A stretch of 64,000 nt of DNA from Salinarimonas sp. (GCF_046292825.1 NZ_JBKBQG010000017.1:7972-71971), one strand, 5' to 3'; positions 51,827 to 61,129 are shown, numbered from the stretch's first letter. Notes: generated from the sequence alone by a model not told the origin. Numbers and translations are program-made.

Positions 51827-53122
51827 ATGACGGACGAGACGAGCCGACGGGAGCCGGACGCGGCGCGCGCGGACGCGCTCCTGAGAAACCGCACCTTCGA
51901 CGAACTCGCGATCGGCGAGGAGGCGCAGGTCACGCGCGTCCTGACGGGACGCGACATCGCGCTCTTCGCCATCGTGTCGGGCGACGTGAACCCGGCCCAT
52001 CTCGACCCGGCATTCGCGGCGAGCGACCTCTTCCACGACATCGTCGCGCACGGCATGTGGGCGGGCGGGCTGATCTCGGCGGTGCTCGGCACGCGGCTCC
52101 CGGGGCCGGGCACGATCTATCTCGGCCAGGACCTGCGTTTCCGGCGCCCGGTGAAGGTCGGCGACGCGATCACGACGCGGGTGCGGCTCGTGGAGAAGCG
52201 CGCGGAGAAGGCCGTGTGCGTGTTCGCGTGCGTCTGCGTGAACCAGCACGGCGAGAACGTCGTGACCGGCACGGCCGAGGTGATCGCGCCGACGCAGAGC
52301 CTCGTCGTGCCCCGCCCGCACCTGCCCTCGGTGAGCCTCCACGAGGGCGGGCCCGATCCCTTCGATCTCGCCGGCAAGAAGGGGCTCGTCGTCGGCATCG
52401 CCAACGACCAATCGATCGCCCATGGCTGCGCGCGCGCCTTCCGGGCGGCCGGGGCCGACCTCGCGCTGACCTATCTGAACGAGAAGGCGCGGCCGCATGT
52501 CGAGCCCTGCGCGCAGGCCCTCGGCGCCGACCTCTTCCTGCCCTGCGACGTGCGCGAGGAGGGGCAGCTCGAAGCCGTCTTCGAGGCGATCCGCGCGCGC
52601 TGGGGGCGGCTCGATTTCGTGCTGCACGCGATCGCCTTCGCCCCGCGCGAGGACCTGCACGGCCGCGTGGTCGACGCCTCCGCGGCCGGGTTCGGGCTCG
52701 CGATGGACGTCTCCTGCCATTCCTTCATCCGCATGGCGCGTCTCGCCGAGCCCCTCATGCAAGCCGGCGGGACGCTGCTCACGGTGACCTTCTACGGCTC
52801 CGAACGCGTGGTCGACCGCTACAATCTCATGGGGCCGGTCAAGGCCGCGCTCGAGAGCTCGGTCCGCTATCTCGCCGCCGAGCTCGGCCCGAAGGGCATC
52901 CGCGCGCACGCCCTCTCGCCGGGGCCGATCCGCACGCGCGCGGCGAGCGGCATCGACCGGTTCGACGCCCTCCTCGCCGCCGCCGCCGAGAAGGCGCCGC
53001 AGCACCACCTCGCCGATATCGACGACGTCGGCGCGCTCGCCCGCTTCCTCGTCTCGGACGCCGCACGGCGGATCACGGGAACGGTGATCCCGGTCGACGG
53101 AGGCGCGCACGTGATGGGGTGA
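51827..53122 (+). CDS. fusion protein: N-terminal MaoC-like hydratase/dehydratase + C-terminal enoyl-ACP reductase FabI (SDR)
   Basis: N-terminus FAIVSGDVNPAHLDPAFAA...HGMWAGGLIS (MaoC). C-terminus GKKGLVVGIANDQSIAHGCARAF...TYLNEK...YNLMGPVKAALESSVRYLA...SPGPIRT (FabI Y-x6-K). Confidence 0.8.
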   Translation: MTDETSRREPDAARADALLRNRTFDELAIGEEAQVTRVLTGRDIALFAIVSGDVNPAHLDPAFAASDLFHDIVAHGMWAGGLISAVLGTRLPGPGTIYLGQDLRFRRPVKVGDAITTRVRLVEKRAEKAVCVFACVCVNQHGENVVTGTAEVIAPTQSLVVPRPHLPSVSLHEGGPDPFDLAGKKGLVVGIANDQSIAHGCARAFRAAGADLALTYLNEKARPHVEPCAQALGADLFLPCDVREEGQLEAVFEAIRARWGRLDFVLHAIAFAPREDLHGRVVDASAAGFGLAMDVSCHSFIRMARLAEPLMQAGGTLLTVTFYGSERVVDRYNLMGPVKAALESSVRYLAAELGPKGIRAHALSPGPIRTRAASGIDRFDALLAAAAEKAPQHHLADIDDVGALARFLVSDAARRITGTVIPVDGGAHVMG

Positions 53123-53177
53123 GGCGGGAGCGGGCCCGCGCTCTCCTTCCCTTGGGAGTTTGAAAATCTTTCGTTGC

Positions 53178-53358
53178 GGTGTCATCCCGGACGCCGAAGG
53201 CGATCCGGGACCCATACCCGCAACGCATCAGTCGCAGCCTGTAGGCTGCGTTTCTCCGACGATAGCTGCCCGACGGTAGCGGAACGAGCGCGGCATGCGC
53301 GCTCGGGGTTGTCGTCGAGGTTATGGGTCCCGGGTCCGCTTCGCGGCCCGCGATGACA
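53178..53358. repeat. family A repeat, copy A3
   Basis: ggtgtcatcccggacgccgaaggcgatccgggaccca...cagtcgcagcctgtaggctgcgtttctccgac...gagcgcggcatgcgcgctc...tatgggtcccgggtccgcttcgcggcccgcgatgaca. Confidence 0.85.
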
Positions 53359-53410
53359 ACCTCCGAACGATTCACGAACGCCGAGGTGAAGCAGAGCGGC
53401 GCCGTCCTCC

Positions 53411-53950
53411 TCACTCCGCGAGCGGATAAGCCGCCTCGACGACGTACGGTCCGCCGCCGGTGCCGGGTTTGGCCGAGAACACCGCGATGCGGTCGACGGC
53501 GAAACGCAGCGGCGGCAGCGGTTCTCGGACGGCGATCCAGGCCGCGACGGCGCGTGCGTCGACGCCGCGCATGCGCGCGAGCGTCACGTGCGGCACGAAT
53601 TTGCGCGTCTCGGGCGCGAGCCCGGCGCGGCGCGCGAGCCGCTCGACCTCGCTTTGCAGATCGGCGAGTTCGCGATCGGCGGGCAGAGTCGCGATGAGCG
53701 CATGCGGCTTGTCGCCCCCGAAGCTCGCGAGGGCGTCGATCGCGAGCGCGATCGGCTCGCGCGGGCGCCGCTCCGCGAGGGCGGCGTAGAGGTCGTCCGC
53801 CACGTCGCCGTCGACGTCGCCGACGAAGCGGAGCGTGACGTGCAGATCCTCCCGCGCCACGAAGCGGGCGCCCTCGAGGCCTCCGGCGAGGCCGGAGAGC
53901 GTCTCGGCGACAGGCTCGGGCAGCTCGAGCCCCACGAACAGCCGGGGCAT
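53411..53950 (-). CDS. thpR: RNA 2',3'-cyclic phosphodiesterase (2'-5' RNA ligase family, ThpR/LigT)
   Basis: MPRLFVGLELP and two HxT/S motifs (HVTLRF and HVTLAR). 179 aa. Confidence 0.85.
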   Translation of the reverse strand: MPRLFVGLELPEPVAETLSGLAGGLEGARFVAREDLHVTLRFVGDVDGDVADDLYAALAERRPREPIALAIDALASFGGDKPHALIATLPADRELADLQSEVERLARRAGLAPETRKFVPHVTLARMRGVDARAVAAWIAVREPLPPLRFAVDRIAVFSAKPGTGGGPYVVEAAYPLAE

Positions 53951-54058
53951 GATGCGTCTCCTCTCGTCTGCACAACTCGTATGCGCGCGACGCCCGCATG
54001 ATTCGCCGACGATTTCACGTTTCTTCAAGACATTCGATGCGATTTTTCCAGTGCATTT

Positions 54059-55189
54059 GTGAAAAGGCGTGCGATGCCGGCCCTGCTGAGCGTCATCGAA
54101 GAGATCGACGAGATCGTGTCCTGCGCGGACCAACGCCGCCGCACGGCGGTCCTGCGCAAGGTGACGAACCTCTTCTTGGAGAAATCCGCCTCGATCGACG
54201 AGAGCCATGCGGACGCCTTCGACGAGGTGATCCTCCGGCTGTCGCGCAATCTCGAATTCCGCGCCCGCCTTGATCTGTCGGAGGCGCTCGCCGAGGAGGC
54301 GATGGCGCCGCGCCGGGTGGTGCGCGCGCTCGCCTTCGACGACGACGCCCGCGTCGCCGCCCCCGTGCTCGAACGCTCCCCGCGGCTCGACGAGGACGAC
54401 CTCGTCGCCATCGCCCGGGAGAAGGGGCGCGAGCACCTCCTCGCGCTCGCGCGCCGGGCCCGTCTGTCCGAACGCGTGACGGACGCGCTGATCGCGCGCG
54501 CCGACCCGCCCGTCGATCGCAGCGTCGCCGGCAACGACGGCGCCGTCTTCTCGGCGCGCGGCTTCGCCGAGCTCGTCGAGCGCGCCCGCGCCGACGAGAC
54601 GCTGCAGGCCGTGCTCGAAGCGCGCCGCACGCTGTCGCCCGAGCAGGTCGGACGCCTCGTCGCCGTCGCCCGCGAGCGGGTCCGTGAGACGCTCAAGGAC
54701 GAGCTCGGCTCGCGCATGGAGCGGGCGATCGACGCCGTCGTCGAGGATCTCGCCGCCGCGATGGTGCGCACGGATGGCGCCCGCGTCGCCCATCTCGACC
54801 TCTCCGCCTCCGCCGCCTTCGTGCGCGACCGCGCCCGCACCCGCCCGATCGAGGAGCGCGACGTGATCGAATGGGTGAAGGCCGGCCGCGTCGAGGACGC
54901 GCTCGCGGGCCTCGCCCAGGTCGGCAAGCTGCCGCTCGAGATGGTCGCGAGCGCCTATCACGCGCCCGATTACGAGGGCCTGCTCTTCGTGGTGCGCGCG
55001 GTGGGCTTCAACTGGGCGACGCTCAAGCTCTTCCTCGCCCAGAAGGCGGGCCGCACGCCGCCCGTCGAGCTCACGCGCGCGGCGTTCGAGAGCTTCGAGC
55101 GGCTCTCGATCGACAGCGCCAAGCGCGTCCTGCGCTTCGCCACCACGCGCGAGCGGTTCGGGCGCGGCGGGACGTCCCCTTCCCGCTGA
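54059..55189 (+). CDS. DUF2336 domain-containing protein
   Basis: Helical-repeat protein with VTNLFL...FDEVILRL... and repeated ARR..L. pattern, as I recall for alphaproteobacterial DUF2336. The start may be the second Met (54074). Confidence 0.55.
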   Translation: MKRRAMPALLSVIEEIDEIVSCADQRRRTAVLRKVTNLFLEKSASIDESHADAFDEVILRLSRNLEFRARLDLSEALAEEAMAPRRVVRALAFDDDARVAAPVLERSPRLDEDDLVAIAREKGREHLLALARRARLSERVTDALIARADPPVDRSVAGNDGAVFSARGFAELVERARADETLQAVLEARRTLSPEQVGRLVAVARERVRETLKDELGSRMERAIDAVVEDLAAAMVRTDGARVAHLDLSASAAFVRDRARTRPIEERDVIEWVKAGRVEDALAGLAQVGKLPLEMVASAYHAPDYEGLLFVVRAVGFNWATLKLFLAQKAGRTPPVELTRAAFESFERLSIDSAKRVLRFATTRERFGRGGTSPSR

Positions 55190-55309
55190 GCTTCTCCCAG
55201 GCTGCGCCGATCGTACGCAATCGGCCGAGCTTATGCCCCTCTGCGACATCGGCCACGCTACAGCTCGCTTCGGGAAGTGCGACGCTGGGTAAGGCGGTGG
55301 GACGTATCA

Positions 55310-56275
55310 ATGGCTGACCAAGTTTGCCAGATTCATCGTTTCGAAGAGCGGGACATCGATCTCTTGTTGGCGGAAGAGCTTCGCACGAATCCCGCTTTTG
55401 CTTCGTGGTTTGCCGAGCGCGCGGCTGGCCCGCCGAAGCTCAGGACACCCGCGTTGCGCACGCGCGTCTCCGTTGTGGAGGATGGAAGTGAGGCGGATCT
55501 GATCGCCTGTTTCGCAACCGAATCCGGCGGCACATTTAGAATGTTCGTGGAGGACAAGATTACGGCGGCGATGATGCCGGACCAACTCGGCCGATACGCT
55601 CGCCGTGCGCGTGCCGAGGTGGAGCGAGGGGAGATTGTCGGCTACGCGATCGTTCTCTTCGCACCCGCGAGCTACGTTGCTTCTCAACAGAAGGTTGAAG
55701 AAATCGTTTACATCACCTTTGAGGAGGCCGCTGCCGCTTTGAGAGACTTGTCGCCATCGCTCAGATCGGAATACCGCGCGTGCTTTCTGGAGGCGGCGCT
55801 GCCGATCCGGACCGCCCGAGGACGGGACGCCCGGACTCTTGAAGTCGAGCCATACGTGGCTGAGTGGTGGGAGGCCGTCTACCGCATGCTCGAGCGAGAG
55901 TTCCCAGGGTACTTCCTGCCTCCTCAGGTCCGATATCCGAAAAGCGTCTACATCGCACCCCGGACGAGCGGGATGCCGCCATACCTGAGGGTCGATTTCA
56001 AGGGGCATGTCGGTGAAGTGGACCTGGCGGTAAAGAACGTGCCGTTTGCGACTCTCGAGAGATCCCTCCGGGGGACGCACGTGCCAGGCCGGTTGATTAG
56101 TAACAAGCGCTCATCGGCTATACGCAGAGGCGATCTTCTCCCATTCACGATCGCCGACGGGCATTCGGTTATCGATGATCGAGTGAAAGCAGCGTACGCA
56201 GCGGCGAAGTCGTTACTTGATTACTGGTTTCAAAACAAGGAACTTTTCGATGCGGCGGTGTACGGTACAGATTGA
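55310..56275 (+). CDS. PD-(D/E)XK (RecB-like) nuclease-fold protein with unknown C-terminal domain, in a low-GC islet
   Basis: Ordered motifs: FEERDIDLLLAEEL (helix Glu), SEADLIACF (Asp), FRMFVEDKI (ExK), DQLGRY (QxxxY). Hand-counted GC of lines 55501 and 56161 is 31/60 each, versus 49/60 for line 54301. Confidence 0.6.
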   Translation: MADQVCQIHRFEERDIDLLLAEELRTNPAFASWFAERAAGPPKLRTPALRTRVSVVEDGSEADLIACFATESGGTFRMFVEDKITAAMMPDQLGRYARRARAEVERGEIVGYAIVLFAPASYVASQQKVEEIVYITFEEAAAALRDLSPSLRSEYRACFLEAALPIRTARGRDARTLEVEPYVAEWWEAVYRMLEREFPGYFLPPQVRYPKSVYIAPRTSGMPPYLRVDFKGHVGEVDLAVKNVPFATLERSLRGTHVPGRLISNKRSSAIRRGDLLPFTIADGHSVIDDRVKAAYAAAKSLLDYWFQNKELFDAAVYGTD

Positions 56276-56304
56276 AGTCCCCGCTTCCTACATTGCTTCC
56301 TCCC

Positions 56305-56805
56305 TCACCAGAACCGCGTCCCCGGCGGCCCCTTGAACGGACCGACCACCTTCGAGGTGATCCAGCCGCCGTAGAAGCCGCCCTCCTGCGGCACCACGCG
56401 CTCGCCGTCGACGAAGCAGGCATCCATCAGGCCGGGATAGACGGCGATGTAGCCCGCCATCGCGGCGAATTCCGGCGTCGGGCGCGGATAGGCCCAGGCG
56501 GCGCGCGGGGCACGCTTTCCACCCGCGAGGACGTCGAAATAAACCGCCTGCCCCTTCCATTCGCACAGAGAACCGCCCATCGTGGAGACGAAGGCGTCCG
56601 TGTCGCAATCGCCCGGCGGCAGGTAATAGGAGGGCGGATGGCTCGTCTCGAGAACGCGGTAGGCCGCGCGCGAGGACGCGATCGTGCGTCCGCCGAACAC
56701 GATCTCGACATGCGCGCTCGTCGGCTCGCAGCGGGCTGGGCGCGGATAGTCCCAGACGCTCTCCTGTCCGGGGCCGGGGGGTATCGGCCTGGGCCTCGGC
56801 AACAT
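56305..56805 (-). CDS. DUF427 domain-containing protein
   Basis: ESVWDYPRPP-like start (ESVWDYPRPARCE), YYLPPGD, CEWKGQAVYF and GWIT are typical DUF427 strings. Start chosen at MLPRPRP. Confidence 0.7.
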   Translation of the reverse strand: MLPRPRPIPPGPGQESVWDYPRPARCEPTSAHVEIVFGGRTIASSRAAYRVLETSHPPSYYLPPGDCDTDAFVSTMGGSLCEWKGQAVYFDVLAGGKRAPRAAWAYPRPTPEFAAMAGYIAVYPGLMDACFVDGERVVPQEGGFYGGWITSKVVGPFKGPPGTRFW

Positions 56806-56960
56806 CCTTCGTCCTCCTCCTCGGCGAAGCGCGGCCAGGTGCGCTCGCGTCGTTTTGGTTCCGAAGCATCTGCGCACGCTCCGGCGTGCGTCGATGCTCG
56901 TTGCGTCCGCCCATGCTCCCGCCTCTCATGGCACTCGGGGGCGAGGGAGGAAATGCGGCC

Positions 56961-57320
56961 ATGGCTTTTGCACCATCGACGTCCTGCAGATCGGCCTACC
57001 CGGTGCCCGGCGCCTTGAGCGGGACACGCCAGCGCATCGGCGGCGCGCTCGACCGCCTCGCGCCGCGCATCCCCGATTTCGAGCGGGAGGCCGTGCTCGA
57101 CCACGCCTGCGACAACCCGTCTCTCGCGCGCGCGACGCCCGAGACCGCCGCCTGGCTCTCGCTCACCGCCTACGTCCGCCACGTGCTGACGGATTACGAC
57201 GCCCTCCTCGCCGAAGGCTACGATCGCGACAGCGCCCGCTTCTTCGTCGCCGACCGGATGACCGACATCCTCGTCGCCTGGGGCTGCCGCCGCGCGCTCG
57301 ACGAAGGCGGGGAGGCCTGA
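56961..57320 (+). CDS. DUF2293 domain-containing protein
   Basis: AYVRHVLTDYDALLAEGYDRDSARFFV resembles the DUF2293 core (RH..T.YD.LL). Start at MAFAPST chosen; the upstream part has low coding quality. Confidence 0.5.
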   Translation: MAFAPSTSCRSAYPVPGALSGTRQRIGGALDRLAPRIPDFEREAVLDHACDNPSLARATPETAAWLSLTAYVRHVLTDYDALLAEGYDRDSARFFVADRMTDILVAWGCRRALDEGGEA

Positions 57321-57435
57321 GCGCGCGCTCCGTCGCGATCGGGCCTTTGCGCGGACGCCGCTTGACGGTGGCGCCCGCGCGTGGCCGCATCGGGGGCGCG
57401 CGAGGCCCCGCGCGATCCCCGAGAGGAGTCCCGAT

Positions 57436-58731
57436 TTGTCGAGCGTCCGCGACCGTCTGGAGAGCGTGCTCTCCCGCCTCGAAGCCCGTGCCGGCGACGA
57501 GCGCGTCTACACGAAGCTCTACAGGCAAGCCGCGCGCGTCGCCGCCGACGCCGCAGACGAGCGGCGCCGGGTGGGCGTGAGCCTCGGCCCGCTCGACGGG
57601 CGCATCGTCTCGATCAAGGACCTGTTCGACGTCGCCGGAGAGCCGACCTCCGCCGGCTCGAAGATCCTGCGCGAGGCGGCTCCCGCGGCTGCGGACGCGC
57701 CGATCGTCGCGCGCCTGCGCCGGGCCGGCGCGGTGATCCTCGGCAAGACGAACATGTCGGAATTCGCCTTCTCCGGCATCGGCATCAACCCCCATTACGG
57801 CACCCCCGGCAACGCCGCCGACCCGACCCGCGTGCCGGGCGGCTCCTCGTCGGGTGCGGGCGTGAGCGTCGGGGAGGGCTCGGCCGAGATCGCGATCGGG
57901 ACCGATACCGGCGGCTCGGTGCGCATCCCCGCCGCGCTCAACGGCGTCGTCGGCTTCAAGCCGTCCTGCGGGCGCGTGCCGACGACGGGCGCCTATGCTC
58001 TCTCGTACACGCTCGATTCGATCGGACCGCTCGCGCGCAGCGTCGCGGATTGCGCGGCGACGGACGCGATCCTGGCGGGGGAGGAGCCCCGCCCGCTCGC
58101 GCCGCGCCCGGTCGCCGGCCTGCGGCTCGGCGTGCCGCGCGGGCTCCTCACGAGCGGGCTCGAGGACGTCGTCGAGAGCGCCTTCGAGGCGACGCTCTCC
58201 CGGCTCGGCGCGGCAGGCGCGCGGATCGTCGAGATCGACATCGAGGATCTGGTCGGCGCGATGAACGAGGCGATGGCGGTCGCACCCCTCGTCGCCATCG
58301 AGGCGGCGGCCGTGCATGCCGACCAGCTCGAAGCGCGCGCCGCCGATTACGATCGCAACGTGCTCGCGCGCATCCGGCGCGGCGCGGGCTTCTCGGCCGC
58401 GCACTACATCCGGCTGCTGCGGCGCCGCGAGGGCCTGATCGCCGCGCTCGACGACCGGCTCGCCCCGCTCGACGGCCTCGTGTTGCCGACGACCGCGATC
58501 ACGGCGCCGCAGATCGCGCCGCTCGAAGCCGACGACGAGGCCTTCATGAGGGCCAACCTCACGATGCTGCGCAACACGACCTTCGGCAATCTCTTCGCGC
58601 TGACCGGCCTGTCGCTGCCGATGCCGGACACGCCGCGCCCGGCGGGTTTCATGCTGATGGGCCGCGGCGGCACGGACGCGGCCGTGCTCGCGATCGGGGC
58701 GGGGATCGAGGGCGTGGTGACGGGGGCGTGA
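57436..58731 (+). CDS. amidase (amidase-signature family)
   Basis: KDLFDVAG, and GGSSSGAGVSVGEGSAEIAIGTDTGGSVRIPAA, which is the AS-family Ser-cisSer-Lys signature. TTG start. Confidence 0.85.
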   Translation: MSSVRDRLESVLSRLEARAGDERVYTKLYRQAARVAADAADERRRVGVSLGPLDGRIVSIKDLFDVAGEPTSAGSKILREAAPAAADAPIVARLRRAGAVILGKTNMSEFAFSGIGINPHYGTPGNAADPTRVPGGSSSGAGVSVGEGSAEIAIGTDTGGSVRIPAALNGVVGFKPSCGRVPTTGAYALSYTLDSIGPLARSVADCAATDAILAGEEPRPLAPRPVAGLRLGVPRGLLTSGLEDVVESAFEATLSRLGAAGARIVEIDIEDLVGAMNEAMAVAPLVAIEAAAVHADQLEARAADYDRNVLARIRRGAGFSAAHYIRLLRRREGLIAALDDRLAPLDGLVLPTTAITAPQIAPLEADDEAFMRANLTMLRNTTFGNLFALTGLSLPMPDTPRPAGFMLMGRGGTDAAVLAIGAGIEGVVTGA

Positions 58732-58738
58732 GCCGCGC

Positions 58739-58957
58739 TCACATCGTCATCGCGCTCGCCTCGTAGCCGCCCTTGTCGAGGGCGGCCGCGATCTCGAGCG
58801 TGTCCGCGCTCGTGAGGATGCGGGCGCGCTTGTGGGCGAGGTCGACCGCGACCTCCGCCCGCGGGTCGACGCCCTGGACGATCCGCGTCACCGCCTTGAC
58901 GCACCCCTCGCAGGCCATGCCCTCGACCTGCATCAGAACCTCGTGCCGCTCGCTCAT
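58739..58957 (-). CDS. heavy-metal-associated (HMA) domain protein, CopZ-like
   Basis: 72 aa. VEGMACEGCVKAV is the GMxCxxC metal-binding motif. Confidence 0.8.
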   Translation of the reverse strand: MSERHEVLMQVEGMACEGCVKAVTRIVQGVDPRAEVAVDLAHKRARILTSADTLEIAAALDKGGYEASAMTM

Positions 58958-59158
58958 CGCGCATCGCTCCCGCAAAACCGAATGCAGCATGTGGACCCGC
59001 CCGCGCGAGCCCGCAAGTCGGGGCTCGCCCTGATCGGGCCGGAGGCGATTCCCTTGCGGCATCCGTACTTTCTCACAAGCTGTTGCGCTCGCGGCCTTGT
59101 GGGGGGACGGAACGTCGGCCAAAACTGGCGAAATCGTGTCGCGAGCGGAGTGTGACGG

Positions 59159-60898
59159 TTGGCCCGTCGGGAGACCAACGCGGAGGCAGGCAGGAAGGCG
59201 GCGCGCGTGCGCCCGGGGCTCGTCCACGCGGTGGTCGGGGCGGCGGCGCTCGGCTTCGTCGGCGCGCTCGTCGCGAGCCTCCTCGCCGGCGCCGGCCTCG
59301 CCATCGCCCTGATCGCCGGCGGCGCCATCGGCGCGCTCGTGCTCGGCGGCGGCGGGCTGATCGTCGCCGCGCGGGGTCGGGCCGCCGCTGAAAAGGCCGC
59401 CGACGATCTCGATTTCCTGGCTCGCCGGCTGCTGCGCGTCGAATCGCGCCTCGCCGAGGCCGAGCGCAAGCAACCCCGCGCAGCCGGTCCGTCCGAGACC
59501 GAGGAGGAGAACCGCCAGATCCTCGCCGAGGTCACCGGCGAGATCGCGCTGATCAGCGGGCTCCTGCGCGACCTCGCCGCCATGGTCGCGAGCCACGATC
59601 GCAGCCTCGCCACCATCGAGGAGGAGCGCGCCCGCGCGCCCGAACCGCGGTTCGAAGAGCCGCGCTTCGAAGAGCCCCGTTACGAGTCGCCTCGTGACGA
59701 GGCGCCCCGTTACGAGGCGCCGCGCTACGAGGAGCCGCGCTACGAGGAGCCGGTTTATCGGGACCCTCGCTACGAAGCGCCGCCTCCGCAGGCGCGTCCG
59801 CCCGAGCCCCCGCCGCGCGAGCGGACGGAGCCCGCGCCGGTGCCGTTCCGATTCATGCCGATCGTCGAGCAACCCGAGCCGGCGCCGCCGCCCGCGCCGC
59901 CGCCCGCGCCAGCGCCCATGCCCGCGCCGCGCGAGGACGTCGATCCGGCGCGCATGCGTGCGATCGTCGAGGCGTTGCGCGCGGACCGGATCGAGATCCA
60001 CCTGCAGCCGATCGTGTCGCTGCCCCAGCGCAAGACGCGCTTCTACGAGGCGCTTGCGCGCCTTCGGCTCGACGGAGAGACGCTGATCGGCCATGGCGAG
60101 TTCATGCCCGCGATCGAGCGGGCGGGCGTCGCGGCGGAGCTCGACGGCAAGGTCGCCGCGCGTGCGGCCGCGATCGCGCGACACCTCCTCGCCCGCGGCT
60201 CGGACGCGTTCGTGACCGTGAATCTCGCGCAGGACTCGCTCGAGACGCCGGGCTTCTTGCGCACGCTCCTGCGCCTCGTCGAGGCCTATCCGGACGTGGC
60301 CGGCAAGCTCGCCTTCGAGGTCTCGCAGCGCTCCTGGCGCATGCTCGACGCGGAGACCGCCGGCGCGCTCGCGGCTCTGCGGGCGCGCGGGATCGTGTTC
60401 GTGATGGATCGGGCAAGCGATCTTCGGGTCGACCCGATGGGGCTCGCCGATCGCGGGGTGCGCTACGTCAAGCTGCCCGCCCGGCTCCTGATCGCCGAGG
60501 CGGAGAGCCGCGCGAGCGGGCTCGACATCGCCGTCGCCGACCTCTCCGCGACGCTCGGCCGGGCCGGCATCCGCCTCGTCGCCGACGGGGTCGAGCGCGA
60601 GGAGGACGTGCCGGACCTCATCGATCTCGACGTGCCCCTCGGCCAGGGCTCGGTGTTCGGCGCCCCGCGCGCGGTGCGGCCGGACGTCGTCGGCGGCCCG
60701 CCGCGCGATCCGCCGCCCAATCGCGGCGGCGGCGCCGAGCCGCCCTCGCCCTCGCGACGCACCGAGGCCGCGGGGGAGGGCGCGCCCGGATCGGGGGGGC
60801 GGCCCGGCAACGGCCCCACCGCGACGACCGGGACCGGCGCCGCCTCCCGCGCCGAGCCGCGCGTGCCCTATCGCTCGGTGCTGCGGCGGGCGATCTGA
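59159..60898 (+). CDS. membrane-anchored EAL-domain protein (putative c-di-GMP phosphodiesterase) with coiled-coil and pentapeptide-repeat linker
   Basis: N-terminal TM pair. EAL-domain strings LQPIVSL...FYEALARL, AFEVS, VMDR, VKL and GQGSVFG. The start (TTG at 59159) is uncertain. Confidence 0.7.
   Translation: MARRETNAEAGRKAARVRPGLVHAVVGAAALGFVGALVASLLAGAGLAIALIAGGAIGALVLGGGGLIVAARGRAAAEKAADDLDFLARRLLRVESRLAEAERKQPRAAGPSETEEENRQILAEVTGEIALISGLLRDLAAMVASHDRSLATIEEERARAPEPRFEEPRFEEPRYESPRDEAPRYEAPRYEEPRYEEPVYRDPRYEAPPPQARPPEPPPRERTEPAPVPFRFMPIVEQPEPAPPPAPPPAPAPMPAPREDVDPARMRAIVEALRADRIEIHLQPIVSLPQRKTRFYEALARLRLDGETLIGHGEFMPAIERAGVAAELDGKVAARAAAIARHLLARGSDAFVTVNLAQDSLETPGFLRTLLRLVEAYPDVAGKLAFEVSQRSWRMLDAETAGALAALRARGIVFVMDRASDLRVDPMGLADRGVRYVKLPARLLIAEAESRASGLDIAVADLSATLGRAGIRLVADGVEREEDVPDLIDLDVPLGQGSVFGAPRAVRPDVVGGPPRDPPPNRGGGAEPPSPSRRTEAAGEGAPGSGGRPGNGPTATTGTGAASRAEPRVPYRSVLRRAI
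59642..59776 (+). repeat. nine tandem 15-nt (pentapeptide xPR[Y/F]E) repeats inside the EAL-protein gene
   Basis: EPRFE EPRFE EPRYE SPRDE APRYE APRYE EPRYE EPVYR DPRYE, read directly. It is 135 nt, exactly 9 x 15. Confidence 0.85.
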
Positions 60899-60905
60899 GC
60901 CGACC

Positions 60906-61127
60906 TCACCCCTTGTCCGAGCGCCGCACGCCCTGACCACGGCTCAAGCCGGGCTCGAATCCCTCCGCGTCGAGGGCGCCGGAGACCGGGCGCTCGGGCG
61001 GATCGTGGGGCTGCATGCCCTCGCCGGCCGTGCGGTGCTCGGGGATGTTGGGATGCGGATCGTTCTTCTTCTTCAGTTCGAGCGCCTTCTCGGCGTTCTT
61101 CTGCATCTCGCTCTTGTCGTTGCTCAT
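60906..61127 (-). CDS. small (73 aa) hydrophilic protein, hypothetical (stress-protein-like)
   Basis: MSNDKSEMQKNAEKALELKKKNDPHP... The ATG is preceded by ggagcgg. It begins 3 nt after the stop of the upstream small gene. Confidence 0.55.
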   Translation of the reverse strand: MSNDKSEMQKNAEKALELKKKNDPHPNIPEHRTAGEGMQPHDPPERPVSGALDAEGFEPGLSRGQGVRRSDKG

Positions 61128-61129
61128 TT

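Noticed and set aside
59109-59140. GGAAC motif upstream of the EAL-protein gene as another EcfG promoter
   Set aside because: No CGTT lies at 16-17 nt; the nearest CGT is about 21 nt away.
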